Shown: positions 10,467 to 21,974, counted from the stretch's first letter. The stretch is 64,000 bases of DNA from a virus (IMGVR_UViG_3300032287_002972:32001-96000), one strand, 5' to 3'. Translations and numbers: made by a program. The notes: a model not told the origin generated them from the letters alone.

Positions 10467-11150
10467 TTATTTATATAAAAAATTGTCTAACTTATTCATT
10501 AAGTTTTTCATTTTATCCACGGACTGTGGTTTTTCCTCAGTTGATTCTTCATAATTATTTCTATCATCCAAATTTTTAAAAATATAAGCACCTGGTGTTG
10601 ATGGAGAAGATACTAAATCAAAACAAACTAATTCAAAATCGTCTTGAACAATATTTTGTCCTTTAATATTTTTTAGAGAACCAACTCCTCTTGATGATAT
10701 ACCTAAAGTTGCACCATTCATTAAAAGCATCGCTGCTTGGTCACCTTTAGTACTAACTATCCCCATTTTTCTCCACCCAGGGGATGTAAATAATTTTATT
10801 TTTCCCATTAAAATTTTCCCATCCCACCATGTTTCAGTTATTGAATGAGATACTCTATCTAAATCGATTAATGAACTTGATGGGTGATTTAATTCATTTA
10901 ACGCACCGCCTTTTCTTATTATGTTTTGATATTTTTCATTTTCTCTTTTTAAAAGAGTTTCTGGATATATCCTACCATTTTTATTCGGTGTGTCAAATTT
11001 TTGTAGTACTGCGTGTAATACCACATCTTCAAAAAAATTACTATCTTTCATTTCAGATATAATTTTTTTATTATCATTTGGTGATATTTGACCCGCATCG
11101 TATTCAATTAAAAGTTTTCTACCGTCCTTGAATGTAAATTCTTTTTCCAT
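10467..11150 (-). CDS. prohead core protease (T4 gp21-like)
   Basis: NKNGRIYP, ELNHP, GISSRGVGS, FDLVSSPS motifs. Confidence 0.95.
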   Translation of the reverse strand: MEKEFTFKDGRKLLIEYDAGQISPNDNKKIISEMKDSNFFEDVVLHAVLQKFDTPNKNGRIYPETLLKRENEKYQNIIRKGGALNELNHPSSSLIDLDRVSHSITETWWDGKILMGKIKLFTSPGWRKMGIVSTKGDQAAMLLMNGATLGISSRGVGSLKNIKGQNIVQDDFELVCFDLVSSPSTPGAYIFKNLDDRNNYEESTEEKPQSVDKMKNLMNKLDNFLYK

Positions 11151-11243
11151 ATTCTAATAAATATTATGTTATATCAATTAAACACATTAATTGATGTTGT
11201 TATTTATATATTTAATTAATAATCTTAATATATAAATATTAAA

Positions 11244-11669
11244 TTATTTCTTTTTATCATGGAAATTAAAAAGAACCTGATTGTTTAGTGTTTCATCGAT
11301 AATAAATTTCGATAAATTAGTAATTATTTCTTTTATTTCTTTGGATTTAAATTCAAATTCTTTATTAACATATAACGTTATTTCTAAGTCCATAAAGGAC
11401 CTTTTATTTGTTTTTATACTACTTGTTTTAATATCCAAATCAACAATAGATTCTTTTTTAAACAATACTGAATTTAAATTAAAAATATGATGTTTTATAT
11501 TTTTACTTATTTTTGAAATAATTTTATTAAATTCATAGTTTTCATTTGTAGGTTGTGTCCAAGAATTTAATTGAATATATATTGTTTTTAAGTTTTTAAA
11601 ATCAACTGTACCATATCCTATTTTTACATTATTATAAGATCCGATTTTTATAAATTTTCCTTTTTTCAT
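11244..11669 (-). CDS. hypothetical protein (start revised to MKKGKF)
   Basis: the longer start overlaps a terminator hairpin at ~11733-11765. Confidence 0.55.
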   Translation of the reverse strand: MKKGKFIKIGSYNNVKIGYGTVDFKNLKTIYIQLNSWTQPTNENYEFNKIISKISKNIKHHIFNLNSVLFKKESIVDLDIKTSSIKTNKRSFMDLEITLYVNKEFEFKSKEIKEIITNLSKFIIDETLNNQVLFNFHDKKK

Positions 11670-11783
11670 TAATAATTTTTTTATATAAAAATATACAAAA
11701 TATCTTGGAATATTCAAAACTTTTACAGCATAAAAAAACCTTGAATATTTACATTCAAGGTTTTTCATAATTAATATTTTTTT

Positions 11784-12536
11784 TTAAAACAATCCGTTTT
11801 TTAATTCTACTAATTTATAGTAAGAATGTCTTGATACTTTTGTTTCATTAACTTGTTTCTTAACATCACTAAGTTTTTCCACTAACGAATTATCATTTGA
11901 TTCATTTAAGATATTTTCTATTTTATTATTTAATTCAAATTTTAAATAACTTGTTTCATTAATTAATGTTTCTTCATCCATTGACATGATTTCCTTAAAT
12001 GTCTTTTTCTGTTCTTCATTTAAAAAGTCTCCGTATTTTATATTAAAATTATTAACCAGTACTTTATTTAATAATGAAAAATTCTCAATTTGTACATCTG
12101 AAGGATTATTTTTAATAATTTCTTTTTCTTTCATTAGAAAGTTAATAAAATTTTCTTTTGATTTAAATTTATCATTAATATTGTTTATAGTATGTTCTTC
12201 AGATAAAATATCTAACCATTCATATAGTTCATTTTTTTCAACAACTACGTCCTTTAAAATTTTATTAATTTTTTTACATTCAGAATTTATTGTTTTCATT
12301 TTTTGAATAAAATGGGGTTCCAAGGATTCAACAAACAATCTAGCATTATCTTTTTGTGGAATATACGTTGTTTCCATGTCTTCATAGAATTTATACACTT
12401 CAACCAAATCTTTATTTGATTTTAATTTTTTAATTAAATCTTTCAATTCTTTCTTATTACCAGAATTATAAGATTCTGTTAATTTAATTAATAGTTTTGT
12501 TTTTAATTCACCAAATTTTATCATATTATTCTTCAT
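11784..12536 (-). CDS. head-module hypothetical protein (possible prohead core component)
   Basis: helical, charged, directly downstream of the portal gene. Confidence 0.5.
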   Translation of the reverse strand: MKNNMIKFGELKTKLLIKLTESYNSGNKKELKDLIKKLKSNKDLVEVYKFYEDMETTYIPQKDNARLFVESLEPHFIQKMKTINSECKKINKILKDVVVEKNELYEWLDILSEEHTINNINDKFKSKENFINFLMKEKEIIKNNPSDVQIENFSLLNKVLVNNFNIKYGDFLNEEQKKTFKEIMSMDEETLINETSYLKFELNNKIENILNESNDNSLVEKLSDVKKQVNETKVSRHSYYKLVELKNGLF

Positions 12537-14343
12537 TTAATATATTTTTTAATTTATTTTCTATTTCATAAATATTCTTTTGTGCTTTATTTATGTCAAA
12601 TAATTTACTTAAATCATCACCATCACCTAACATATTTAATAAATTTCTTTTTTTAGTTGATTCACTTAAAGGTGATGAAGCATCGGATGGTGGTGGTGTT
12701 GACGATGCTGCACCTCCTCCCATATCCATACCACCCATATCACCACCAGCTTCACCTGTTTGTGATTTTTCTAATTTTTCTCTTTCCTCTTCTGGTATAC
12801 CATATTTAGAATCTACATCATCAAACACGCCAGATCTTTTAATGATATTTTGAGTATTAGTTAATTCAAACCCCATTGCTCTTTCGAGTCTTTGTTGTTG
12901 TAAATCTAATAATACTTCACTATCACTCATACCAAGAATATTTTTCTTTGCCCATGTGTGTGAAACCGGCAAAATACCCACTTGTGAGTTATCCGATGTT
13001 GCGTCTTTATATAGTAATATTTTTTCTTTCCATTGTTCTATTCTTAATAAATCAGATTGCGCCGATGGGTTAGTTAATGATAAACTAAAATTATCTAACT
13101 CATCTTCCATTCCAAGAAGATAAAGATGCATTAATGCTATCTTATTTAATTCCTGAACCAATGATTTTTGAATTCTATTTATGGTTCTTGCAAAACGTAT
13201 ATCCATTAAGGCTAATTGTTTTCCATCACCAACAATCTCTTCAAAACCAATAAATGCTTTAGGAATACGAAGTGCCGCTAACATTTTTTTCTGTATATAT
13301 TCAATATCAGCAATTTCACCTAAATTTTGTGCACCTGATAATGTTTCAATTGGACTGGTTTGTGCCGGATCCCTAATTGGAATAAAATAATCTTGGTCTA
13401 CCGCCATTTGATTATATCTCATATCCACTTGACCATTTCTTGAATCAACAATTTGGTCTCTTTTAAATTTATTTGCAACACGTTGTACATATGATTCAAT
13501 ATCTTTATCATCCATATTTCCAACAAATACTTTAAAAACTCTTCTTTCAGGTGCTCTGGTTGTTCTATAAATTAACATAGCATCTTCAGCTAAAAGTAAT
13601 TGTTTCCAAATCCTTCTAATTTTATCCAACATACTGGTACCATAGGGTAATTTTCTATCGTCACCTAGTAATCTAAAATGTGCAATTTCCCATGCTTGAA
13701 ATTCTAATTCTTTATTAGACCATTGAAATCTTAATTCCCTTGTTGGTATTTTATTATCTCTCTGATTCGGTGATTTAGATTCTCTTCCTTCAATTCTTTG
13801 TATTTCAATATTAGGTAATTGTTGACATCCAATAATTCCCTTTTCAGGGTCTATTTTTAGATAAATAAAATTATCCCCATATTTACAAACACCTCTAGCC
13901 CACATTTGTAAATTTGTGTTAATATCTAATCTATTAGTGAATAAATCTTCTAATATTGTTTTCACTCTTGAAGATTCTGAAAATATAGTTAAAATTTCAC
14001 CTTTTTCAGAAAGTGTTGTGGATTCTTCAGCATATATATCTAAAGCTGCTGATATCTCTGGAGTAAACTCCATACTTTCATAATCATAATAAGCCGATAA
14101 TCTATTGGGTTCATAATATACAGATTGATTATATAATGATTGTTCTAATTTTGTCCATTTATCTGCAATATATTGACTTTGTTGTGATTGTAGTAATTTA
14201 TTTTCGTACTCTTCTTTACTATTTGTTTTAAGTATTTCATCTTTTGAAAAATTAAATGACGGAGAATCCTCTGGTTTTAGTTTACCAGAAAATCCAAACA
14301 TTTTAGTTAATCTTTGAAATACTGTTGAATTATTATCTGCCAT
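12526..14343 (-). CDS. portal protein (T4 gp20-like)
   Basis: LAEDAMLIYRTTRAPERRVFKVFVGNM, DYFIP, ALRIPK motifs. Confidence 0.96.
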   Translation of the reverse strand: MADNNSTVFQRLTKMFGFSGKLKPEDSPSFNFSKDEILKTNSKEEYENKLLQSQQSQYIADKWTKLEQSLYNQSVYYEPNRLSAYYDYESMEFTPEISAALDIYAEESTTLSEKGEILTIFSESSRVKTILEDLFTNRLDINTNLQMWARGVCKYGDNFIYLKIDPEKGIIGCQQLPNIEIQRIEGRESKSPNQRDNKIPTRELRFQWSNKELEFQAWEIAHFRLLGDDRKLPYGTSMLDKIRRIWKQLLLAEDAMLIYRTTRAPERRVFKVFVGNMDDKDIESYVQRVANKFKRDQIVDSRNGQVDMRYNQMAVDQDYFIPIRDPAQTSPIETLSGAQNLGEIADIEYIQKKMLAALRIPKAFIGFEEIVGDGKQLALMDIRFARTINRIQKSLVQELNKIALMHLYLLGMEDELDNFSLSLTNPSAQSDLLRIEQWKEKILLYKDATSDNSQVGILPVSHTWAKKNILGMSDSEVLLDLQQQRLERAMGFELTNTQNIIKRSGVFDDVDSKYGIPEEEREKLEKSQTGEAGGDMGGMDMGGGAASSTPPPSDASSPLSESTKKRNLLNMLGDGDDLSKLFDINKAQKNIYEIENKLKNILNEE

Positions 14344-14399
14344 GTATATAAATAGTTTATATTAAAATATAGTTAAATATTTTATGATTATAAAGAAGT

Positions 14400-16172
14400 T
14401 TATCGTTTTATTTTGTTAAACAACCAAGAATATTCTTTATAATGGTCTTTAGTTGGTGTATTTATGAAATAATTATTTTCAGAATTATCTAATTGCATTG
14501 CACCAATTGAATCAAGTGCAGTACCGTAAGAATAAAATGATTTTTTTGTTTCATATGTTCTTTCTGATAATGTCCATGATTCTAACATTGCTCTGTCTGC
14601 GTTTTGATTCTTTTCAAGTTGATTAAAACACATATCTGCAGCATAAAGTGCCATAGACATACTCATAATTGAATCATCATGATAACCTTTCATGTGATCT
14701 GGTCTACCGTTTATATAAACAAATGTGCTTAATTCATTTAAAAGTCTTGAAGATCTAACTATAAAACCTTTTCTTAGTTGTTCTTCAAATGATGCAATTA
14801 TTTGTGTTCTTTTATTGTTGAAATTTAATCCTGGTATTTTTTCTAATGCTTTTTTATTATAGTCCCAAACATTTTGAGTATTAACTCCGTCAATGTATAA
14901 ATTTTTATAATTCATTTCTTGTAACTTTCTAGACGTTGCAATACCCATACCACCTGTTATATCAATTACAATAAATGATTCATATAATATTCCCCATTTA
15001 TAACATATTGTTGCTAAATCATCAGGGGGTATTTTACCAATATACTCCGCAACTTGTTCTCTTTCATCAAAATCTATAATATTAATTGATGAGAAATCTT
15101 CACTATCTCCACGACTAACGTCTACACCCATCAAATATCTATGACCCTGAACAGGTTCTTTCCATTGCCAAAAAGTACCTTGCATATATTTCTCTTTGGG
15201 TTCTCTTATACAATTTTTTGAGATATCTTGTTGTACACTTCCAGGAATAACACCATCACCAGAACCTAAAAAATCGGCTTCAAGTTCCTGTGAAATTTTA
15301 CGTCTATCGTATTTAAATTTTTTAGACATAGATTCAAACCATGAAGAAAATGGTTTATAACCCATTTCAAGATATTCATTATATTTTTCTGGTTCAAAAT
15401 CATATAAAATTATTTCATCATCATTATATTCTTCTCTATTTAACATATAATGACATATATCAACACATTTAATCCATCTTAAATCTTTAGAGTATCTGGG
15501 GTCTTTAAACCACCTTAAATCCGTTATATGAAAATCATTCATTCCACGAACAGATTGGTCATATACACCATGATATATTGGGTCAAATCCGTTTGGTGTT
15601 GAAATTAAAATAATTTTTCCACCTGTTGACAAAGACGCCATAGATGCTGCCCAAAAATCTTCACCAGCCTCAATATATGCAGCCTCGTCAAAAATCAAAA
15701 TTGTTGGGGTATAACCACGTAAAGCATCTGCTGATGTTGCGACCGCTTTAACCTCACAACCATTATTTAATCTAAATCTACTTTCTGAATTTTTATCTAC
15801 AGAAAATCCAACATTAATCCATTCTGGCCATTGGTCAATAAAATGACGAATTTTATTTGCCATTTCTATTGCAGTGTCTCGTTTATTTGCAATAACAAGA
15901 ACTCTTTCCGGATTTTCAGGTTTAGCTATTTGTAATCTTCTTGATATCCAAGCCGCGGTAACTGTTGTTACACCTGCTTGTCTATATTTTCTTGTGATAT
16001 TTTCATTATATGTTTCATAATCTTTTATTAACTGAATTTGATCAGGAAATAAATCTAATGGGACATATTTTTTTTGAGTATTATCGTAAGTTGTTAAATA
16101 TGTTTTTAATGCATACGGTGCGTCTTTAACTATACGTACATATTCTTTTAATTGTATTATTTTTTGATCCAT
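14400..16172 (-). CDS. terminase large subunit (gp17-like)
   Basis: KYRQAGVTT Walker A, LIFDEAA Walker B, ISTPNG, GVDVSRG, HDD nuclease motifs. Confidence 0.96.
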   Translation of the reverse strand: MDQKIIQLKEYVRIVKDAPYALKTYLTTYDNTQKKYVPLDLFPDQIQLIKDYETYNENITRKYRQAGVTTVTAAWISRRLQIAKPENPERVLVIANKRDTAIEMANKIRHFIDQWPEWINVGFSVDKNSESRFRLNNGCEVKAVATSADALRGYTPTILIFDEAAYIEAGEDFWAASMASLSTGGKIILISTPNGFDPIYHGVYDQSVRGMNDFHITDLRWFKDPRYSKDLRWIKCVDICHYMLNREEYNDDEIILYDFEPEKYNEYLEMGYKPFSSWFESMSKKFKYDRRKISQELEADFLGSGDGVIPGSVQQDISKNCIREPKEKYMQGTFWQWKEPVQGHRYLMGVDVSRGDSEDFSSINIIDFDEREQVAEYIGKIPPDDLATICYKWGILYESFIVIDITGGMGIATSRKLQEMNYKNLYIDGVNTQNVWDYNKKALEKIPGLNFNNKRTQIIASFEEQLRKGFIVRSSRLLNELSTFVYINGRPDHMKGYHDDSIMSMSMALYAADMCFNQLEKNQNADRAMLESWTLSERTYETKKSFYSYGTALDSIGAMQLDNSENNYFINTPTKDHYKEYSWLFNKIKR

Positions 16173-16233
16173 ATATATAAATATAAAAAAAGGTGAAATT
16201 AATCACCTTTATATATATGTTCTACAGTTTTTA

Positions 16234-17529
16234 TTAATTTAAACTAATACCTAAATCGTTTAAAAAATCTGTTAAATCATCCTCATCAGTATCTCTTGAT
16301 ATTTCATCTAACTCATCTCTAAATTGATTCATAGATTTTTTATATTCTTCATTATTAAACATTTTATTTACACTATCCATAATTTGGTCCATCATTATTT
16401 TACCTTTATTTGAACCCAATAAAACTTCCTTTGTGAAAACTAAAAATTCTCTTTCTGATAGTTTAAAAATATTATATAGTAGAAAATTTTGTAATTCTTT
16501 TTTATCTTCATCTATGAGAATTTCTTCAGGAAATTCTTTTCTAATTCTTTCCCATATTGAAGGACCTAATCTTATGTCCCATATTTCTTTTTCTAAAGTA
16601 TCTTCACTAGATTCAATATCATCAAAATCATCTGGTCTACCATCCAACGCAAATAATTCCATTGTTCCTTTAATTAATTCATGAACTAATACTGGAAAAT
16701 TAATTCCTCTAGCAATAACTTTACCTGGATCTCCTTCTTCTTTACCGGATTCAGCACTTTCTTTACCCGCCGATGAACCACTTAAACCTTTTATCGTTTG
16801 GTCGCTTAATTGCCAATAATTTAAATCATTTATTGACATCATAACACCGTATAAATTTATAATATCTGGACGACCGGTAATTTCTTCTAATCTTTCTGAA
16901 ACTGTATGAAACATATAATGACCTTTCTTAGACGCTCCTTGAATCATTGCGTTTACTAGTCTTCTTTTTGCTTTTCCTAAATCTAACTTTTCTACATCGT
17001 TTAAAATTTCTATTTCACTTTCAATATTAACTTGTTCAGGATTTTCTTCATTTGGTTTATCTCTATTAAAATCACTCATATCAATTTCATTCATTCCCAC
17101 GATTTTTGCATCATATTCAATAGCACCTTCGGGTATTGCAAATTCTTTCATCGTTAATTCAATAGCTAACTGTTCCAATTCTTTTCTGTGTCTTCTTTCT
17201 ATGTCCATAATAGTATTATGTGCATTAGCTAACATTTGTTGGAGAGGTAAAACACCTGACATACCTCTTTGTAATGGAGATCTATCACCTAAATACCTTC
17301 TTAAATTTGACACAACTTGTCTATATCTATCTGATGCTAAAACTTCTTGAAAGTTTTTATTTGGTTCTTGACCTGTAATAGGGAATGGAACTTTTCTAAG
17401 TGGTGTATCACCTCTTGATAATTTATCTTGTAAACCTTGGTCAGGTCTATCGTCTGTATAAAAATCCATTGCCATTTCTTTAACTGTATTTTCTATTAAA
17501 GATAATAAATTTTTTTTATTTATTTTCAT
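16234..17529 (-). CDS. conserved-looking phage protein, possible internal head protein
   Basis: KKNLLSLIE-type leader; FPVLVHELIKG segment; lies in the head operon. Confidence 0.45.
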   Translation of the reverse strand: MKINKKNLLSLIENTVKEMAMDFYTDDRPDQGLQDKLSRGDTPLRKVPFPITGQEPNKNFQEVLASDRYRQVVSNLRRYLGDRSPLQRGMSGVLPLQQMLANAHNTIMDIERRHRKELEQLAIELTMKEFAIPEGAIEYDAKIVGMNEIDMSDFNRDKPNEENPEQVNIESEIEILNDVEKLDLGKAKRRLVNAMIQGASKKGHYMFHTVSERLEEITGRPDIINLYGVMMSINDLNYWQLSDQTIKGLSGSSAGKESAESGKEEGDPGKVIARGINFPVLVHELIKGTMELFALDGRPDDFDDIESSEDTLEKEIWDIRLGPSIWERIRKEFPEEILIDEDKKELQNFLLYNIFKLSEREFLVFTKEVLLGSNKGKIMMDQIMDSVNKMFNNEEYKKSMNQFRDELDEISRDTDEDDLTDFLNDLGISLN

Positions 17530-17535
17530 AATTTT

Positions 17536-18231
17536 TTATTTTAATCCTTTTGGTGATGATTTCTTTTCCTCACCTGGTTTTTTTGGTGATGGTGAATATG
17601 GGGTAGATGGTTTAACTATTGGTTTTTTTGTACCAGGTTTAGTTTTAATATCTGGCTCATTTTCTTTTAATCCTTTTGGTGATGATTTTTGTCCTGGTTT
17701 AGGTGAATATGGGGTAGATGGTTTAACTATTGGTTTTTGAATACCAGGTTTAGTTTTAATATCTGATTCATTTTCTTTCATATCACTTTTGGTGATGGAA
17801 TCATATGTCATGAATTCAGGAACGCCATTATGACCCGTTTTTACATTTGGACCAGTATTAACTTCATTTAGTTTACTTTTAATTAATTTTACAATATCAC
17901 CTTTTGATGTGAAATTATGGAAGTATTTATTTTCAACTAATTTTCCAACCAATCTAGATGACCTATTTTTTAAACCTCTTTTTCTTCTTGATTCGTAAAC
18001 TTCTTCTTCTTCTTCATAATGGTCTTTTTCTCTTAATTCAACATTAAGACCACTTTTTGTTAAATTTTTAATGTCAGGTATTGGTGTTTTTTTTGATGCT
18101 ATCACACTCCCCACTTGTTCATTAACCATAATCTTATTTAAAGATATAAGTTGTTTGTCATTTAACATTGATAATGTTCTTTCTGTAAAACCTTCTTTTA
18201 AAAGTTTTTTTATAATATCTATTCTTTTCAT
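17536..18231 (-). CDS. basic Pro/Lys-rich protein with a duplicated C-terminal module
   Basis: KENE(S/P)DIKTKPG..KPIVKPSTPYSP...KSSPKGLK occurs twice (~17539-17780). Confidence 0.7.
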   Translation of the reverse strand: MKRIDIIKKLLKEGFTERTLSMLNDKQLISLNKIMVNEQVGSVIASKKTPIPDIKNLTKSGLNVELREKDHYEEEEEVYESRRKRGLKNRSSRLVGKLVENKYFHNFTSKGDIVKLIKSKLNEVNTGPNVKTGHNGVPEFMTYDSITKSDMKENESDIKTKPGIQKPIVKPSTPYSPKPGQKSSPKGLKENEPDIKTKPGTKKPIVKPSTPYSPSPKKPGEEKKSSPKGLK

Positions 18232-18629
18232 AATGTTTCTAATTTTATATTTTTATGTTCTAATGTAAATCCTCTGGATTTTAGTTTTTTTGTTATGGAA
18301 TCAATTGATTCACCAAATCTAAAAAATAATCTATCATTTTCAGAATCTAAATTTAATTTTTCCCAAGCCATTGCGATAATTCCATCGACTGAATCAATTA
18401 CACCAAAGTAATCTGAATTTTGAATCAATTCTAAATTTATATCTGAATCTTTTAATAGACCAACAATATTAATATATTCAACATTAGGTGATTTTATGGA
18501 ACTCGTTGAAGATGCTGGTATATCGAACCATTCTTCCATTTCAATCTCTTCATTTTCACTGAATATAAATTCATATTGTTTTTCACCTTTATAATCCAGT
18601 CCAATTTCATTAACATAAATTAATCTCAT
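18228..18629 (-). CDS. hypothetical protein
   Basis: 133 aa, coupled to both neighbours. Confidence 0.65.
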   Translation of the reverse strand: MRLIYVNEIGLDYKGEKQYEFIFSENEEIEMEEWFDIPASSTSSIKSPNVEYINIVGLLKDSDINLELIQNSDYFGVIDSVDGIIAMAWEKLNLDSENDRLFFRFGESIDSITKKLKSRGFTLEHKNIKLETL

Positions 18630-19714
18630 TATTTAAAATATTTTCCTAAAGTTGAATTGATACTATTATTTATTTCTTTTTTTATTTCATCTAAATCTAA
18701 TTCTTGAATATCTTCATCATTTGAATCATCTTTCATTGGATTTGTCCCAACAAAACCACTATATTTTGGTTTTTCTTGGTATTGATTTGATGATGGTTCA
18801 ACATCCTCCTCACCAAGATCATCGTATGTACTTAAATCAATTTCATCTGTATGAACTGGTGTGTTTATAAATCTATCTAACTTATCCATTACTTCACTTA
18901 AATCCTCATCTTCAGGTTCTTCTTCAGGTAATTCAGGTTCCTCTAATGGAAGTTCTGGTTCCTCCGATGGGAGTTCAGATTCATTATCCTCTTCTCTGTC
19001 GAATTTTTTCCCAATTTCTTCAATATCTTCTTCATCTAATTTTTCTAGATCTACCGCTGATATAATCATGTTTAATACATATTTTATATCATCACTTTCC
19101 ATTTTTGATTTTTGGTCTCTTAATTCTTGACCAAGTTTCCCTGCAAATTTTTGAACTTCAGCCATATAATCAGATGGTTTATTTCCACCTGTTTCTTCAC
19201 TTCCTGGTTCTTCCATAGGTAATTCAGACCCCATATCAGTTGAATCTTCAGGAGATGGTTCTACCGGCATTTCTGCAGACGGTTCTGCTGGTATTTCAGG
19301 TGATGGCATGGGTTCTGATGGCATAGGTGGAACACCTTCACTTGGGTTAGGTGACATTCCTGTTTCATCTGTTGGTTTTTGTTTTAAGACATATTTTGTT
19401 GCTTCTTGTAAATCTTGTCCGCTAAGTAATTTAAGTCTTTTTAATGCCTCGGAATATGATGAAAATCTATTTTTATTTTTCATAAATAAACCTCCAATAT
19501 AATCTAAAGAACTTTCATTAAGACCTTTTTTTACATAATACCCATCTTTTTCTTTTATAATACCATAAACACCATTATATGATTCACTAATATATTCAGA
19601 TTTTTCATAAACTGGTGTTTTAGGTTTATTTCCGTAATAAGTTAATTCAAGGATACGTTTTAATTTATCGTCACCTTGTAATTTTTCACTTCCTAATGGT
19701 TTTAAATCTCCCAT
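18629..19714 (-). CDS. acidic Pro/Glu-rich head-module protein
   Basis: KLKRILEL near the N-terminus; EEPELP repeats; TATTTATA upstream. Confidence 0.6.
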   Translation of the reverse strand: MGDLKPLGSEKLQGDDKLKRILELTYYGNKPKTPVYEKSEYISESYNGVYGIIKEKDGYYVKKGLNESSLDYIGGLFMKNKNRFSSYSEALKRLKLLSGQDLQEATKYVLKQKPTDETGMSPNPSEGVPPMPSEPMPSPEIPAEPSAEMPVEPSPEDSTDMGSELPMEEPGSEETGGNKPSDYMAEVQKFAGKLGQELRDQKSKMESDDIKYVLNMIISAVDLEKLDEEDIEEIGKKFDREEDNESELPSEEPELPLEEPELPEEEPEDEDLSEVMDKLDRFINTPVHTDEIDLSTYDDLGEEDVEPSSNQYQEKPKYSGFVGTNPMKDDSNDEDIQELDLDEIKKEINNSINSTLGKYFK

Positions 19715-19787
19715 GTTTTTTATTATTAATAATTTATTATTCTTAGTATATTATAAATATACATATAAATATAAAAAACAACGTTTT

Positions 19788-20573
19788 TCATTGTTTTATA
19801 GATAATTCTTTATCAATGACTTTTGTTTTTATACCCATTAATTTTTTAATATAACCGTTTCTTCTTAACAGTTTAAAAGTTAAATTTTCATAGGAAAATT
19901 CACCACCACTTTCCAAACCACTTTGTCTAAACTTCTTTAATTTATTTTTTATTAATTCTACTTGTTTTATTTTTTCATCACCACTTTTTGTGTCTTTAAC
20001 TAAATCATCAATTTGTTTTTCAAAATCATTACTTTTCTCTAAAATTTTCTTTTCATCTATATCATGTGGTGTTTTTAATTTATTTGGTTCAATAACCCAT
20101 TCATTATTTAAAACAGAATATATTCCAGAAGATATTGATTTATCATTAATATCTTGAACATATAATTCCACTTCATAATTTTTAATTTTAATATTTGTGG
20201 TTAAACCCCAATTTTTTTTCTTTGTTTCAAAAAATTCTTCAATTATTTTTTTATATACATCATTATTCATATTATTTGGTATGATTTCATTTATATCATA
20301 CATAATATGTAAATCAACATCTGAATATTTTGACCAATTATAATTTGAAAGGGAACCTGTCAAATGAACATCAAAAACAAAAAAATCAATTTTTAGATAT
20401 TCTAAAAAATTATCAGTTATTTTTAATAATTTTTCTCTCACATCTTCTCTTAAAATGTAAGATCCATTTTTTTTTTCAAAAATATCTGATGATAAAGAAT
20501 TTTTTATTTTAAAAGATTTTAATATTCTTTTATCTTTTTCAATATCTTCAATTAATTCGTTTAATATACTCAT
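19788..20573 (-). CDS. nucleotidyltransferase (pol beta superfamily)
   Basis: TGS...SDVDLH motif and a third acidic residue in VELYVQD. Confidence 0.85.
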   Translation of the reverse strand: MSILNELIEDIEKDKRILKSFKIKNSLSSDIFEKKNGSYILREDVREKLLKITDNFLEYLKIDFFVFDVHLTGSLSNYNWSKYSDVDLHIMYDINEIIPNNMNNDVYKKIIEEFFETKKKNWGLTTNIKIKNYEVELYVQDINDKSISSGIYSVLNNEWVIEPNKLKTPHDIDEKKILEKSNDFEKQIDDLVKDTKSGDEKIKQVELIKNKLKKFRQSGLESGGEFSYENLTFKLLRRNGYIKKLMGIKTKVIDKELSIKQ

Positions 20574-20815
20574 TTTATTTTTTCGTACTTATATTTTTTT
20601 GATATGTTTGAGTTAAAATATTTTCCTTGTGATTCTGCCATTCTTAATTTTGTAAACACTTCCCATGGAACTTCATTATATTGATATAATGAATTATTAT
20701 TAAATTCTACCAATAATGTTTTTTCTTCCGTATTATAGGTCGAGGATTTTATATTAGATGATTGAATTTGAACTTGGATTACTTTACCTTCAATCTTTTC
20801 GGATAGTATTGCCAT
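20570..20815 (-). CDS. KTSC domain protein
   Basis: SSNI...Y...LLVEF...YQYNEVP...AESQGKYFN. Confidence 0.9.
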   Translation of the reverse strand: MAILSEKIEGKVIQVQIQSSNIKSSTYNTEEKTLLVEFNNNSLYQYNEVPWEVFTKLRMAESQGKYFNSNISKKYKYEKIK

Positions 20816-20820
20816 ACTTT

Positions 20821-21543
20821 TTATCTTTTAAAACGATTTTTTCTTCTATTTTGTTTTATTTCTCTAAGTACTGAGGATAATGATTCGTTAATATTATTCT
20901 CTTTATTACTACCATCTAGTTTCCATCCACTTGCAATCATTTCTTTTACCAATGATATATTTTCATCAGTTGGTTCAAAACCTAATTCTTTTAAAATCAC
21001 ATATGGATTAATTTCATTTTCTTTCTTTTTAACGTCATATTTTGTTGACTTAATTAGTGTTAGTTTTTTGGGGTCTAAACCTTTTTCTTTTAATGCATTC
21101 TCTCTTTCTCTCTTTTCTTTGTCTCTTAAATCACCTATTTGAACACCTAAAGTTCTTCTTTCGAAATCATTTTTACGGTGTTCGTCACCTGCAAATTCTT
21201 CTATAATATCTTTACATATTTCGGTTAATTCTTTTTCAGTAAAACCATCATATTTTTCAAAAACAATATTTTGCATCTTACTTGGTCTATCTAAACCAGG
21301 TCTTCCTAATAAATGATGAAAATTAGCCGTTTGTTTTAGAAAAGAAGCTTCTGAAGTACCAATAATATCGGCAATTTCTTTTGTATTTACACCTAATTTT
21401 CCTAAATTAAACTTTGCCGAGTAAAATGCTAACAATTGTTCTTCTTCACTCCATTTTTCTTTATATTCTCCTTTTCTACCATATTCGTTTATTTGGTTAT
21501 TAAGAATATTCTTTAATTGATTTTCAGTTATCTGTACTATCAT
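20821..21543 (-). CDS. hypothetical protein with an ITE-type leader (possible HTH)
   Basis: MIVQITENQLKNIL; KEIADIIGTSEAS. Confidence 0.55.
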   Translation of the reverse strand: MIVQITENQLKNILNNQINEYGRKGEYKEKWSEEEQLLAFYSAKFNLGKLGVNTKEIADIIGTSEASFLKQTANFHHLLGRPGLDRPSKMQNIVFEKYDGFTEKELTEICKDIIEEFAGDEHRKNDFERRTLGVQIGDLRDKEKRERENALKEKGLDPKKLTLIKSTKYDVKKKENEINPYVILKELGFEPTDENISLVKEMIASGWKLDGSNKENNINESLSSVLREIKQNRRKNRFKR

Positions 21544-21605
21544 TTTAATTTTTTATTATAAATATCTCAAAAATAAAAAAACCCCACAAATGTGGGGTTT
21601 TATTA

Positions 21606-21974
21606 TTACTCTAAAGAAATTATTCTTTCTTTATTTTTTTCTTTAGATTTTGGTAAAATTATCTCTAAAATACCATTTTTTACATTCGCACTGATATCTT
21701 CTTCCGATATATCATTTGGAATGAAATAAGATTTTTTAAATGAACTAATAAATGAGAGTTTTTCATCTTCATTATTTTCTTTGTCATATTTAATTGTTAT
21801 CAAATCATCTTTTATCGAAATAGATAAATCTTCTTTTGATAACCCAGGTACTGATAAATAAACTAAGTACCTATCTTCCTTCTCATTAAATTTTACAGAG
21901 TTATTTTTTGAGAAGTCTTTGTCAAAAAGTGAATCTAAGACATCTTTCAACGGATCTTTGTAAATTGTTACCAT
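21606..21974 (-). CDS. small heat shock protein (Hsp20)
   Basis: VPGLSKEDL, SFKKSY, ISANVKNGILEIILPK. Confidence 0.93.
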   Translation of the reverse strand: MVTIYKDPLKDVLDSLFDKDFSKNNSVKFNEKEDRYLVYLSVPGLSKEDLSISIKDDLITIKYDKENNEDEKLSFISSFKKSYFIPNDISEEDISANVKNGILEIILPKSKEKNKERIISLE